Assembly (NCBI GenBank): GCA_964609645.1 | Contig: CAZSTD010000001.1 | Span: 12,091 to 55,959, forward strand | Reading direction: 5' to 3' | DNA: 43,869 bases | From: an uncultured Blautia sp. | GTDB lineage: Bacteria > Bacillota > Clostridia > Lachnospirales > Lachnospiraceae | Shown here: positions 29,191 to 40,461 of the stretch, one piece after another | Layout: every line of letters begins with the position of its first letter | Position numbering within the stretch: the stretch's first letter is position 1 | The notes under the pieces: generated by a model | The model's database searches: none | The model's input: only the letters and a program-made list of their open reading frames with translations | Told to the model about the DNA's origin: nothing | Program-made: the position numbers and the translations under genes

Positions 29191-30392
29191 TCATTCTTCC
29201 TGCGGTTCTTCATCCAGCTCTATGATACGCTCGTCCAGCGCACTATAGCGTTTCTGCTGCTTTTCATTGCGGATCATATCTGCGAAGGTTTCTTCGCTGC
29301 CAACAATCGTCACGCATTTGCGGGCTCTTGTCACCGCGGTGTAAAGAAGATTTCTGTTCAGGAGCATCCTCGGTCCGGAAAGGATCGGCAGGATCACTGC
29401 CGGATACTCCGATCCCTGCGATTTATGTATCGTGATCGCATAGGCGAGCTCTAACTCCTCCAATTGTTTAAAGGAATAATCTGCAAATCTCCCATCCTCA
29501 AATTCCACCTCTGCAGTCTCCGCAAATTCATTGATCTGTCTGAGGATCCCCATATCTCCATTAAAGACACCGAGACCTTTTTCAATGACGATGCCATATC
29601 TTCCGCGGATCTCCCATTCCATCTGATAATTATTTCGGATCTGCATCACCTTATCACCTTCGCGGAATAAACGCTCCCCGATCGCCTTCTCTTTTTTCTC
29701 ATTCTCCGGTGGATTTAAATATCTTTGCAGGATCATGTTCAGGCGTTCCACGCCGAGAAGCCCCTTTCTCATAGGTGTCAGCACCTGGATCTCAAATGGT
29801 TTCGCATCTACATACTTAGGAAGTTTCTCCTGGATAAGCGCGATCACCACACGGATAATGATATCCGCGTCATATCGTTTCAAAAAGAAAAAGTCTCGGC
29901 TTTTATTGTTGATCTGTACCTGTTCACCTCGGTTGATCTTATGAGCGTTCATTACGATATCACTCTCAGAAGCTTGTCGGAAGATTTTTTTGAGCTCTAC
30001 CACCGAAAAACGTCCACAGTGGATGATGTCACGCAGGATATTGCCCGGGCCTACGCTCGGAAGCTGGTTTTCATCCCCCACTAAGATCAGTCTTGTCCCC
30101 GTGGTCACAGCCAAAAGCAGTGAATGGATCAGATGGATATCCACCATTGACATCTCATCTATGATGATCACATCTGCCTCCAAAGGATTCTCCGCATTTC
30201 TCTCAAATTTCGCTGCGCGTCCATCTCTTTCCTCGTCCGGCATCCCGTTGATCTCAAGGAGACGGTGGATCGTCTGTGCCTCATACCCAGTCGCTTCTGT
30301 CATTCGCTTCGCTGCGCGTCCAGTCGGTGCAGCCAGTCGGATCTCCGCTCCCTCCCCTTCAAAAAACTGGATGATCGCATTGATCGTCGTGG
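29191..30392 (-). CDS. recD2: ATP-dependent RecD-like helicase RecD2, exon 2
   Basis: Begins CC ACG ACG ATC AAT after the intron; LAAPTGRAA, TIHRLL, IIDEMSM, LVGDENQLPSVG, AYAITIHKSQGSEY, LLYTAVTRA. Confidence 0.93.
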
Positions 30393-31511
30393 ATAGCGAT
30401 AGGTAAACCTTTGATATTATCTCCAGCTTTTCCCCCGCTTCACACCGTGCATGCGAGTTTCCCCGCACACGGCGTTCCATCGTGATATAAGTCAACTTTT
30501 CACTTACTTATTGATTGCTTTCTCTTGTTGGATTCGCCTTTTTATAGATTTCGGTAAATTTCTTTTCCATTCTTTTGCCCATTGCATATTCTTTTTTCAT
30601 CATATCTAATGCTTCCTGTAATGATTTTGGGTTATGAATGATTTCATGTACTCTTTCTTGTATTATGATGATATTTTCATATTCATCAGTTCCTCCAAGA
30701 TGTACAGGTATTATATGATGTGTTGCTATTTCTCCATATATATGTCTGGGAAGAAATTTCCTCTCAATTTACGAAGTTTATTATTCTTACTCGCAATTTG
30801 TTAAAATTTTGTGTAAGTTTACGTTAATCTTATATCACGACTAATGGTCATCCCTCCGTCTCTCATTACAAGAAACATCATCAGTAATACCATCACTTAT
30901 CATCCATTACGTATTACTTATACATTATATAATGCTTTCATTTCTACTACCTTTTTTTATATAAAAGGTTGGATGATTCCACGTTCCGATAATTCTATCT
31001 TTTAGCATATAGCCTTAGGTTCTTCCTCTGCCCCGATATATCCCAATCACCTGTAATGATTAAGGTTAGACCTAGAAAAAATTCAGTCTACCCTCTGATA
31101 TATAACTATTATAGGCCCATTCGACCTATGTTACCTTTACGAGACGTACATTCAGAAGTTCGTCAGTATTTCGAATACATTCTAACCATAGCTATTTATA
31201 GACACCCGACCTATCGAACACATAAGTTATTGACTCATTTTTCCTTAAACATACTCGTTTACTTTTCTCACAGGCTGCCTCTAGGCTCTTTTGTACCAAC
31301 GTTACTTTGTAAAACTTCTGTTTTAGGGTATTCTTCAGCCGACTTTATCGAGCTTCATACAAGTTTGTTACCAAATCTCGCATGTCGAAGTATTAGTGGT
31401 AGGTTTCAAGGCGTTACCCTATCAATCCCTATCTCGAATTATCAGTTCTCCTAACCATAATTTATTGTTAGTGCAGTAGCTTTGTTTATTTAACTACTGA
31501 ACGTGTCGCAC
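30393..31511 (-). mobile_element. Group II intron (IIB, bacterial class B-like), 1,119 nt, lacking RT/maturase
   Basis: 5' GTGCGACACGTTC at 31511 and 3' ...CCTATCGCTAT at 30393. 34-nt domain V at 30442-30475 with CGC triad, GAAA loop and 2-nt bulge. Bulged A at -8 (30400). Basal stems of DI, DII and DIV present. Removal restores the recD2 frame. Confidence 0.95.
30508..30768 (-). pseudogene. HNH endonuclease (En) domain remnant of the intron-encoded protein
   Basis: Stop-to-stop 86-codon frame ...GEIATHHIIPVHLGGTDEYENIIIIQERVHEIIH...NQ*; no in-frame ATG/GTG/TTG before the HNH motif. Confidence 0.85.
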
Positions 31512-32553
31512 TTTTTCCAGTTCCAGGTCCTCCGGTAATGATCAAAAGTCCGTGGCTGGCAGCCTCCATCACTGCTTTCTTTTGCATCTCATCAAGCTGT
31601 GTCTCGGTCTCTTTCTCGATCATCTCGATCCTCTTTGCCACCAGCTCCTCATCTTCCGGACACAGGATGTTCAGCTCGCATAGCATCCTGGCCGTGTTTA
31701 ATTCCAGATAATAGTAACGGCTCGGATAGACAACGATCTCATTTCCCCTCTCTTTCAGTACCAGCTTTCTGTCAAGGACCATATCCATCAGATGCTTCTC
31801 CATATAGGAAATGTCTACTCCCAAAAGCTGTGAGCATCTGTAAAAAAGCTGTTCTTTCGGCAGATAGACATGCCCTTCCCCCGAAGCCTGTAAAAGAGTA
31901 TATAACATTCCGCTTCGGATCCTGTAATCTGAATCTGCATGGATCCCGATCCTGGCCGCGATCTCATCTGCGATCTTAAAACCTACTCCAGAAATATCTT
32001 CCGCAAGCCGGTAAGGATTTTCCTGAAGAACCGTGTAAAGAGATTCCTTATATTTCTGGTAGATCTTCGCCCCTAGGTTCAGAGAGATCCCATATTTTTG
32101 TAAAAAGATCATCGCTTTTCGCATCTCTGCCTTTTCGGTCACCTGCATAGCGATCTCCCTTGCCTTTTTTTCGCTGATCCCTTTGACCTCTGCCAGCCGT
32201 TCCGGTTCTTCCTCCACGATCCGGATCGTATCATTGCCAAATCTTCGCACGATCCTGCCTGCTAAAGCAGCTCCGATCCCCTTGATCGCACCGGAGCCCA
32301 GATATCGCTCCATGGCAAGTGTGTCCTCCGGCATTTTTTCTACAAAAGAAGAAATCTGAAACTGTTTGCCGTACACCGGATGATGTGTGTACACTCCCGA
32401 TGCCTCAATGGATGCCCCCTGCGTCACAGAGGGAAAACTTCCCACACAGGTCAGTTCTTCTTCCTTCGTATCTTTCAAAACCATAACTGTGTATCCATTT
32501 TCTTCATTTCTGAAAATGATATGGTCTATGTATCCTGTAACGGTTTCGCTCAT
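31512..32553 (-). CDS. recD2: ATP-dependent RecD-like helicase RecD2, exon 1
   Basis: IIFRNEENGYTV, YLGSGAIKGIG (HhH), ENPYRL, GVGFKIAD; ends LIITGGPGTGK + A at the intron boundary; GGAGG RBS. Confidence 0.93.
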
Positions 32554-32600
32554 GTTCCCTCCTTAAATATGAAACAAAAATAATTTTGGATCTTATGCCC

Positions 32601-32631
32601 AAAAAGAGGCACTGCACCTGCAGCACCTCCC
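32601..32631 (-). terminator. Intrinsic terminator after the mreB-like gene
   Basis: Minus strand GAGGTGCTGC-AGGT-GCAGTGCCTC-TTTTT. Confidence 0.7.
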
Positions 32632-32634
32632 GCT

Positions 32635-33624
32635 TTATCCATCAAATCGTGACATTACTTCCGCATATTTTCCTGTACCTACGGCAACTACGCTCATGGC
32701 GTTCTGGACCGTCAGGGTACTCACCCCGGTCCTCTGCTCGATCAAAGAATCCATTCCGTGAAGCAAGGAACCGCCTCCGGTCAACAAAATTCCTCTGTCC
32801 ACGATATCCGCAGCCAGCTCCGGCGGTGTCTTCTCAAGGACTCCGTGCACCATCTCCACGATCTGTCCTGTCGCATCTTTCAGTGCCATGCGGATTTCCT
32901 CAGAAGTAAGCGTTGCAACCTTAGGAAGTCCTGTGATCACATTTCTTCCCTTTATCTCCATAGTTCTCGGCACGTTCTCCTCACATGCAGTTCCAATCTG
33001 GATCTTGATCTTCTCTGCCATGTCCTCCCCGATAAAAAGTCCATGGTTCTTTCTCGCATAGTTCATGATCGCTTGGTCGAACGTATCTCCCGCGATCTTA
33101 TTCGAAGCAGACACCACAACGCCTGCCAGTGAAATGACCGCCACATCGGTCGTACCCGCACCGATGTCTACGATCAGATTGCCAAACGGTCTGGTAACAT
33201 CTACACCTGCGCCGATGGCAGCTGCGATCGGTTCCTCCACCATAAACACGTCCCTGGCACCTGCCTGATACGTTGCTTCCTCCATTGCCTTCCTCTCGAT
33301 CTCTGTGATCCCGCTCGGAACGCAGATGGTGATCCTCGGCTTGCGGAAAGCTCTCCTTCCCATCGCTCTGGATACAAAATATTTCAACATTTTCTCCATG
33401 ACCGTATAATCTACGACCACTCCCTGACGGATCGGACGGATGATCTCCATATCTGAGGTGATGCGTCCCTCCAACATCCGGGCTTCTTCCCCGATCGCTT
33501 TGATCTTCTCTGTATTTTTATCATAAACTACAATGGAAGGTTCATTCAGAACCAATCCCTTCCCTGTAGAATAGGCCAGACTGTTTCTGGTCCCAAGGTC
33601 AATTCCAATATCACTTGCCGGCAT
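32635..33624 (-). CDS. mreB: Rod shape-determining actin homolog (MreB/Mbl family)
   Basis: GIDLGT, EPSIV, VPSGITEIE, EEPIAAAIGAG, VDIGAGTTD, LTGGGSLL. No mreC/mreD adjacent, so possibly a paralog. Confidence 0.85.
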   Translation of the reverse strand: MPASDIGIDLGTRNSLAYSTGKGLVLNEPSIVVYDKNTEKIKAIGEEARMLEGRITSDMEIIRPIRQGVVVDYTVMEKMLKYFVSRAMGRRAFRKPRITICVPSGITEIERKAMEEATYQAGARDVFMVEEPIAAAIGAGVDVTRPFGNLIVDIGAGTTDVAVISLAGVVVSASNKIAGDTFDQAIMNYARKNHGLFIGEDMAEKIKIQIGTACEENVPRTMEIKGRNVITGLPKVATLTSEEIRMALKDATGQIVEMVHGVLEKTPPELAADIVDRGILLTGGGSLLHGMDSLIEQRTGVSTLTVQNAMSVVAVGTGKYAEVMSRFDG

Positions 33625-33780
33625 GGAAGTCCCCTTTCTCTATTTATCCTAATTATTCCTCTGTTTAACTCGAATCCTGCTTCCCACAGTAAGCATCTCA
33701 AAAATCTGGCTGTCTGTGCTGATCGACCCGCAGCATTCGGTATCATTATATACAACTTCCCGCCAAAAGAAAAGTCCCGC

Positions 33781-36624
33781 TTAACATTCGAGATATTTTT
33801 TTATATATTTTCCTGTATAGGAGATCGGCGACTGCGCCACTTCCTCAGGCGTTCCCTGCGCCACCACAGTACCTCCTCTGTCTCCGCCTTCCGGCCCAAT
33901 GTCTATGATGTGATCCGCCGTCTTGATGACATCAAGATTGTGCTCAATGACAACAACGGTATTGCCACCCTCTGAGAGACGTTTCAGGATATCTACCAGC
34001 TTATGCACATCTGCAAAATGAAGCCCTGTCGTAGGTTCGTCCAAAATATAGATCGTCTTGCCTGTACTTCTCTTGCTCAGCTCCGTGGCAAGTTTGATCC
34101 TCTGCGCCTCCCCTCCGGAAAGCTCTGTGGACGGCTGGCCTAAACGGATATAGGAAAGTCCCACATCATACAGCGTCTGGATCTTCCTTTTAATAGAAGG
34201 AACATTTTCAAAGAAGGTCAGCGCCTCCTCCACGGTCATGTTCAGCACATCATAGATACTCTTGCCTTTATACTTCACTTCCAGAGTTTCACGGTTATAT
34301 CGTTTTCCCTTGCAGACCTCACACGGAACATACACATCCGGTAGGAAATGCATTTCGATCTTAATGATCCCATCGCCGCTGCACGCCTCACATCTTCCAC
34401 CTTTTACATTAAAGCTGAATCGTCCTTTTTTATATCCTTTCGCCTTAGCATCCGAAGTTGCAGCAAAAAGATCGCGGATCTGATCAAACACACCTGTGTA
34501 AGTGGCCGGATTAGAACGCGGCGTACGTCCGATCGGAGACTGGTCGATATTGATCACCTTGTCAAGCTGCTCGATCCCTTTGATGTCCTTGTGCTTCCCA
34601 GGGATCGTCCTTGCTCGGTTTAAATCTCTGGCAAGACGCTTATACAAAATCTCATTGATCAAAGAACTTTTACCAGAACCGGAGACACCTGTGATACAGG
34701 TCATGATCCCCAGTGGGATCTTCACATCAATATTTTTGAGATTGTTCTGAGCCGCCCCCTTCACTGTCAAAAATCCGGTTGGTTCTCGACGCATTTTCGG
34801 CAGAGGGATCTTATACTTCCCACTTAAATACGCACCTGTGATAGAATTTTTGTTGTTCATCAGGTCCTCTGCGCTTCCCATCGCAACCAATTGTCCGCCA
34901 TGTTCCCCGGCACCCGGTCCGATATCCACGATACAGTCCGCCGCACGCATCGTATCCTCGTCGTGCTCCACCACGATCAAACTGTTCCCCAGATCGCGTA
35001 GTTTCATCAGAGAAGCCAGTAGTTTATCATTGTCTCTCTGATGAAGTCCGATACTCGGCTCATCTAGGATATAGGCAACTCCCACAAGCCCCGAACCGAT
35101 CTGCGTAGCCAGACGGATCCTCTGTGCTTCTCCACCGGAAAGCGTTCCTGTCGCACGACCAAGGGAAAGGTAATCCAGTCCCACATCGGAAAGGAATGCA
35201 ACCCTTGCGCGGATTTCCTTGAGGATCTGTTTTCCGATAAGCTGCTGCTGTTCAGAGAGCTCCATCTCTGCCAGAAAAGATTTCAGCTTTTCTATAGAAA
35301 GGTTGGTGATCTCATAAATATTTTTATCCGCTACAGTCACAGCGAGAGATTCTTTTTTCAAACGCTGTCCCTTACACATCTTACAAGGAGTGATCTGCAT
35401 GAAGGATTCATATTCCTGCTTCATGGTGTCAGATCCGGTCTCCTTATATCTCTGCTCTACATTTCGGATCAGTCCTGGGAATGCCACATCGTAGATCCCT
35501 TCCCCGCGCTGTCCTTTATAATAAACCTTGACAGAATGTCCATTCGTTCCATGGATCAAAATCTCCTTGATCTTATCGGGATAATCCTGAAACGGAGTTG
35601 CCAGACTGAATCCGTACTCTTTCGCAAGGGCATCCAGGATAGCTCTGCTGAAACTTCCCTCACTGGTACAGGACTGCCATCCAGTCACCACGATCGCGCC
35701 TTCCAAAATACTCAGCGACTGGTCTGGGATCATCAGGTCAACATCAAATTCCATTTTATATCCAAGTCCCAAGCAATCCGGGCACGCACCGAACGGGTTA
35801 TTGAAGGAAAAACTTCTCGGTTCGATCTCCGAGATACTCACACCACAGTCCGGGCAGGAAAAGCTCTGACTGAATGTATGGATCTGTCCATCCATAGTGT
35901 CCACCATCAAAAGTCCTTCCGCCAGATTCAGCACTGTCTCAATGGAGTCAGCAAGTCGTTTCTCAATCCCTGGCTTTACGATCAAACGATCCACAACGAT
36001 CTCGATATTGTGCTTAATATTTTTATCAAGGCTGATCTCCTCCGAGAGTTCGTACATATTTCCATCTATCTGTACCCGGACATAACCGCTTCGCTTCGCA
36101 TGATCGAGCAATTTCGCATGTGTACCCTTACGTCCACGAACGACCGGTGCTAAGAGCTGTAGCTTCGTCCTCTCCGGAAAAGCCATGATACTGTCCACCA
36201 TCTGATCCACGCTCTGTTTCTTAATCTCTCTGCCACACTTCGGGCAATGCGGAATGCCGACTCTGGCATACAGAAGACGAAAATAATCATAGATCTCTGT
36301 CACCGTTCCCACAGTAGAACGTGGATTGCGGTTTGTGGATTTCTGATCGATAGAGATCGCCGGCGGAAGCCCTTCGATACTCTCCACATCCGGCTTCTCC
36401 ATCTGCCCCAAAAACTGTCTGGCATAGGAAGAGAGAGATTCCATATATCGTCTCTGCCCTTCCGCGTAGATCGTATCAAACGCCAGAGAAGATTTCCCAG
36501 ATCCGCTTAATCCGGTCAAAACCACAAACTGATCTCTGGGAATATCTACACTCAAGTTTTTAAGATTGTTTACATTGGCACCTCTGATCTTAATAAATTG
36601 TTTCTTCGTCGTATCTGCCGCCAT
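33781..36624 (-). CDS. uvrA: Excinuclease ABC subunit A
   Basis: Two ABC cassettes ([27 protein letters not shown] twice), zinc fingers, 947 aa. Confidence 0.98.
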   Translation of the reverse strand: MAADTTKKQFIKIRGANVNNLKNLSVDIPRDQFVVLTGLSGSGKSSLAFDTIYAEGQRRYMESLSSYARQFLGQMEKPDVESIEGLPPAISIDQKSTNRNPRSTVGTVTEIYDYFRLLYARVGIPHCPKCGREIKKQSVDQMVDSIMAFPERTKLQLLAPVVRGRKGTHAKLLDHAKRSGYVRVQIDGNMYELSEEISLDKNIKHNIEIVVDRLIVKPGIEKRLADSIETVLNLAEGLLMVDTMDGQIHTFSQSFSCPDCGVSISEIEPRSFSFNNPFGACPDCLGLGYKMEFDVDLMIPDQSLSILEGAIVVTGWQSCTSEGSFSRAILDALAKEYGFSLATPFQDYPDKIKEILIHGTNGHSVKVYYKGQRGEGIYDVAFPGLIRNVEQRYKETGSDTMKQEYESFMQITPCKMCKGQRLKKESLAVTVADKNIYEITNLSIEKLKSFLAEMELSEQQQLIGKQILKEIRARVAFLSDVGLDYLSLGRATGTLSGGEAQRIRLATQIGSGLVGVAYILDEPSIGLHQRDNDKLLASLMKLRDLGNSLIVVEHDEDTMRAADCIVDIGPGAGEHGGQLVAMGSAEDLMNNKNSITGAYLSGKYKIPLPKMRREPTGFLTVKGAAQNNLKNIDVKIPLGIMTCITGVSGSGKSSLINEILYKRLARDLNRARTIPGKHKDIKGIEQLDKVINIDQSPIGRTPRSNPATYTGVFDQIRDLFAATSDAKAKGYKKGRFSFNVKGGRCEACSGDGIIKIEMHFLPDVYVPCEVCKGKRYNRETLEVKYKGKSIYDVLNMTVEEALTFFENVPSIKRKIQTLYDVGLSYIRLGQPSTELSGGEAQRIKLATELSKRSTGKTIYILDEPTTGLHFADVHKLVDILKRLSEGGNTVVVIEHNLDVIKTADHIIDIGPEGGDRGGTVVAQGTPEEVAQSPISYTGKYIKKYLEC

Positions 36625-36730
36625 AATTTCCTCCCGTTATCCATCCAACCCCTAAAGGAGTTAGCTTTTCGCACATTTATTGTAATCTGGCAAAAATGTG
36701 CAGACTTCTGACATTTTTCTTGCTCTTTAC

Positions 36731-36759
36731 AGTATATTATACAAACATATGTTCGTCAA
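36731..36759 (-). promoter_or_regulatory. uvrA sigma-A promoter with overlapping LexA (Cheo/SOS) box
   Basis: TTGACG-17 nt-TATACT; CGAACATATGTTTG (36742-36755) matches the Firmicutes CGAAC-N4-GTTYG box and overlaps the -35 and spacer. Confidence 0.85.
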
Positions 36760-36776
36760 GGCGTTTCCTCTGCATT

Positions 36777-37919
36777 TCATAAAAGAAATTCCGACATAAC
36801 AGAATTGCTCACATGGATTCCTCTTCTGCTCAGGAAAATCCTGCCGTCTTTTTCTACAAGAAGTTCCATGGATTTATATTTTTCCACGATCTCCCCGTAG
36901 ATATCCTCAATGGGACATCCAAAATATTCCAAGAATCTTTGCTTCGAGATTCCTTTGGTCAGACGCAGCCCAAGAAACATAAATTCTGCCATCTCGTCCT
37001 CTCTGGTAAGCAATGGTTCTTTTTCCCGAATGCTCTCTGGATGTGCACTGTTTTGGCAATAATATTCCCTATCTGCAGTATTAGAAAATCTCAGATTTCC
37101 ATACAAAGAAGCAGCTCCAAGTCCAAATCCCAGATAATCCTGTCTGGTCCAGTACCCTACATTGTGCCTGCATTCCCTGCCTTTTTTTGCATAATTGGAG
37201 ATCTCATACTGTTCATACCCATAGCTCTCCAAAATCTGCGCTGTAGCTTCATACATCCGATATTCGGTATCTTCATCCGGCAGATTCAATTCTCTATCTG
37301 CAAATGCAGTTCCTTCCTCAATGATCAGACTGTATGCTGAGATGTGCTGTGGTCCAAGCTCTGCCACTGTTTTGAGATTTTTTACCCATCCTTCATATGT
37401 CTGATCTGGGATCGCACTCATAAGATCAATGTTGATATTGTCAAATCCTGCTTTTACTGCGTTTTTGTAAGTTTCAAGAAATTGCCCGTAATCGTGGATC
37501 CTTCCGAGGATCTTTAGTTCCCGATCATCCGGAGACTGCAAGCCGATGCTCAAACGATTGATCCCATAGTCTCGATACGCCAGGAGCTTTTTGAGATCTG
37601 CCGTTCCAGGATTTATCTCGATGGTGATCTCTGCATCATTTTCTATGTTAAATTTTGTTCTTATTTTATCTAAAATCTGTCCGATGAACTTTTCATCCAA
37701 AACAGAAGGAGTGCCTCCTCCAATAAATATAGAGGATACACTCCTTCCTTTTCCTTCGTTCACTGCATTGATTTCTTCAAGCAAAGCACGTACATAGGCT
37801 TCCTGGTCTGCCTTGCTGCACGGGCCTGAGAGAAAATCGCAGTAATCGCATTTTTTTATACAAAATGGGATATGGATATAAAGTTCTATGGGAAGATCTG
37901 TCCGATCTTTCATTTCCAT
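36777..37919 (-). CDS. hemW: Radical SAM heme chaperone HemW (HemN-like)
   Basis: LYIHIPFCIKKCDYCDF, IFIGGGTPS, YEISNYA, HNVGYW; downstream of lepA. Confidence 0.9.
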   Translation of the reverse strand: MEMKDRTDLPIELYIHIPFCIKKCDYCDFLSGPCSKADQEAYVRALLEEINAVNEGKGRSVSSIFIGGGTPSVLDEKFIGQILDKIRTKFNIENDAEITIEINPGTADLKKLLAYRDYGINRLSIGLQSPDDRELKILGRIHDYGQFLETYKNAVKAGFDNINIDLMSAIPDQTYEGWVKNLKTVAELGPQHISAYSLIIEEGTAFADRELNLPDEDTEYRMYEATAQILESYGYEQYEISNYAKKGRECRHNVGYWTRQDYLGFGLGAASLYGNLRFSNTADREYYCQNSAHPESIREKEPLLTREDEMAEFMFLGLRLTKGISKQRFLEYFGCPIEDIYGEIVEKYKSMELLVEKDGRIFLSRRGIHVSNSVMSEFLL

Positions 37920-37941
37920 TTCCTATCTCCTAAAAACTCTC

Positions 37942-38394
37942 CTAAAAGCCAGCATTGCTGTCCATACTGATGATCGTATTGCCGCCTCCGATCCCGCTGC
38001 TGCCTGCTGGAGCAGTGCTTGTCGGATCTGTGTCTGTCGAGTTTGTATCTGTAGTATTTACAGAATCTGCAATGTTTACAGGAGCTGCCTGATCCATACT
38101 GCTTCCAGTATTTCCTGTTTCCGGGATATCCGCAGCATTTGCTTCGACGACCGACGGAGTAGATGGCGCATCTGTCAGATATTCATTTATCATCGTCAGG
38201 TTTCCATTTGTGGCAACCGCCGCAGGATCGATCTGATCAGGCGCTGGCGTCGGCGTAACGCTCTCCGGTGCTATGCTGATCTGGATGACCTGAGAGGCTT
38301 CCTGATCGGCTGCTTTTTTTTCACCGCATCCGCAGATAAAGATACTAAACATTGCCGCCGCAGATACGAGCATCATTTTTTTATATATTTTCAT
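37942..38394 (-). CDS. Putative lipoprotein, low complexity
   Basis: Basic N-terminus, hydrophobic stretch, ICG-C lipobox-like site; P/T/S/D-rich body. Confidence 0.65.
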   Translation of the reverse strand: MKIYKKMMLVSAAAMFSIFICGCGEKKAADQEASQVIQISIAPESVTPTPAPDQIDPAAVATNGNLTMINEYLTDAPSTPSVVEANAADIPETGNTGSSMDQAAPVNIADSVNTTDTNSTDTDPTSTAPAGSSGIGGGNTIISMDSNAGF

Positions 38395-38475
38395 AAATAA
38401 ATTTCTCGTTTATTTTTATATCGTTCTTTGTAAAACCGCTGTGCATCCTTGCAGAGAAGTTCTGCTGTCCATCAT

Positions 38476-40284
38476 TTATTTATCGTCCAGTTTCAGTACA
38501 CTCATAAATGCTTTCTGCGGAATCTCCACATTACCGATCTGGCGCATACGTTTCTTTCCTTCCTTCTGTTTTTCCAGAAGTTTCTTCTTACGAGTGATAT
38601 CACCGCCGTAACATTTCGCAAGAACGTCTTTGCGCATTGCTCTTACAGTCTCTCTGGCGATGATCTTGCTTCCGACTGCTGCCTGGATCGGGATCTCAAA
38701 GAGCTGACGCGGAATCTCCTCTTTCAGTTTTTCGCACATCCTGCGTCCTCTTTCGTAAGCGGTATCTGCATGTACGATGAAGGAAAGAGCATCCACTTCT
38801 TCTTTGTTTACCAAAATATCCAGTTTTACAAGTTCACTGCGTTCATATCCGCAGAGCTCGTAATCAAGGGATGCGTACCCTCTGGAGCGGGATTTGAGCG
38901 CGTCAAAGAAGTCATAAATGATCTCGTTCAGTGGAAGTTTATATTTAAGAAGCGCACGTGTTTCTTCCATATAATCCATTCCAAAATACTGTCCTCGGCG
39001 TTCCTGGCAAAGTTCCATGATCGCACCGATAAATTCTGTGGTCACCATGATCTCGGCATTTACCATTGGTTCTTCCATATATTCGATCTCAGATGGATCT
39101 GGCAGGTTGCTTGGGTTTGTCAGATCGATGACATCTCCGTTTGTCTTATGGACTTTATAGATAACGCTTGGTGCTGTGGTGACAAGGTCTAAGTTATATT
39201 CTCTTTCCAGACGTTCCTGGATGATCTCCAGATGCAGTAGTCCTAAAAATCCGCAACGGAAACCGAATCCCAATGCAATGGATGTCTCCGGCTCATAGAA
39301 AAGAGAGGCATCGTTGAGCTGGAGTTTTTCGAGTGCGTCACGAAGATCTCCATATTTTGCTCCGTCTGCCGGGTACAAACCACAGTATACCATCGGGTTT
39401 ACTTTCTTATATCCTGGCAATGCTTCCGGACATGGTCTGTTTCTGTCTGTGACTGTATCACCTACACGGGTATCTCCTAAGTTCTTGATGCTGGCTGTGA
39501 TATATCCAACCATACCTGCGGTCAGTTCATCACACGGGATAAACTGTCCTGCGCCAAAGTATCCAACTTCCACTACCTCTGTAGTAAATCCGGTTGCCAT
39601 CATCTGGATCTGTGTGCCTTTTTTTACACATCCGTCCATAACGCGGCAGAATACGATAACTCCTTTGTAAGCGTCGTAGATAGAGTCAAAGATAAGTGCT
39701 TTGAGTGGTGCATCTACATCTCCATGTGGTGCAGGGATCTTAGTTACGATCTGCTCCAGAACTTCTTCTACATTCAGCCCTGTTTTCGCAGAGATCCTTG
39801 GTGCGTCGTGTGCTTCCAGACCGATGATGTCTTCGATCTCGTTCACTACGCGGTCTGGGTCTGCGCTTGGCAGGTCAACTTTATTGATGACTGGAAGTAC
39901 GTCCAGGTCGTGATCTAATGCCAGGTAAACGTTTGCCAGAGTCTGTGCTTCGATTCCCTGTGCAGCGTCTACGACTAAGATCGCACCGTCGCAGGCTGCG
40001 AGGCTTCTGGATACTTCATAGTTAAAGTCTACATGTCCTGGTGTGTCGATGAGGTTAAAGATATATTCTTCTCCGTCGTTTGCTTTGTATACGATACGAA
40101 CTGCCTGAGATTTGATCGTGATTCCTCTTTCACGTTCAAGATCCATGTTGTCGAGAACCTGAGACTGCATCTCTCGTTCTGTCAATGTACCTGTTTTCTG
40201 GATGATTCTGTCGGCAAGTGTTGATTTTCCGTGGTCAATGTGTGCAATAATACAGAAATTTCTGATTTTGCTCTGATCTATCAT
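38476..40284 (-). CDS. lepA: Translation elongation factor 4 (LepA)
   Basis: [56 protein letters not shown]. Confidence 0.99.
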   Translation of the reverse strand: MIDQSKIRNFCIIAHIDHGKSTLADRIIQKTGTLTEREMQSQVLDNMDLERERGITIKSQAVRIVYKANDGEEYIFNLIDTPGHVDFNYEVSRSLAACDGAILVVDAAQGIEAQTLANVYLALDHDLDVLPVINKVDLPSADPDRVVNEIEDIIGLEAHDAPRISAKTGLNVEEVLEQIVTKIPAPHGDVDAPLKALIFDSIYDAYKGVIVFCRVMDGCVKKGTQIQMMATGFTTEVVEVGYFGAGQFIPCDELTAGMVGYITASIKNLGDTRVGDTVTDRNRPCPEALPGYKKVNPMVYCGLYPADGAKYGDLRDALEKLQLNDASLFYEPETSIALGFGFRCGFLGLLHLEIIQERLEREYNLDLVTTAPSVIYKVHKTNGDVIDLTNPSNLPDPSEIEYMEEPMVNAEIMVTTEFIGAIMELCQERRGQYFGMDYMEETRALLKYKLPLNEIIYDFFDALKSRSRGYASLDYELCGYERSELVKLDILVNKEEVDALSFIVHADTAYERGRRMCEKLKEEIPRQLFEIPIQAAVGSKIIARETVRAMRKDVLAKCYGGDITRKKKLLEKQKEGKKRMRQIGNVEIPQKAFMSVLKLDDK

Positions 40285-40461
40285 TCAGGAATTCCCTCCT
40301 TATTAATTAAAATATATTTGAATGCGTGTACATATGGATAAATATGTCTATGCTGCAGCATCTAACCAATAAATTTTATTATATTTCCAAATTAATTTAC
40401 ATTTACGTATTCATTATATTTGGGTGTTTGTGTTTGTTTTCTCTAGCTTTGCCAATGTTAT

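Noticed and set aside
30393-30495. N-terminus of ORF 29191..30495 (MTYITMERRVRGNSHARC...) as a real protein start
   Set aside because: It is intron DIV-DVI sequence that happens to be open in frame with exon 2. There is no RBS, and the product would lack the Walker A lysine.
30750-30800. Short frame QIASKNNKLRKLRGNF resembling IEP N- or C-terminal sequence
   Set aside because: Too short to distinguish from chance without an alignment, and the order relative to the HNH would be odd.
31056-31454. 132-aa plus-strand ORF inside the intron
   Set aside because: Antisense to ribozyme domain I, with no recognisable motif or RBS.
29191-32553. recD2 as a pseudogene broken by an IS, or containing an intein
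   Set aside because: No transposase, terminal inverted repeats or target duplication. The insert has in-frame stops, so it is not an intein. The boundaries fit group II splicing exactly.
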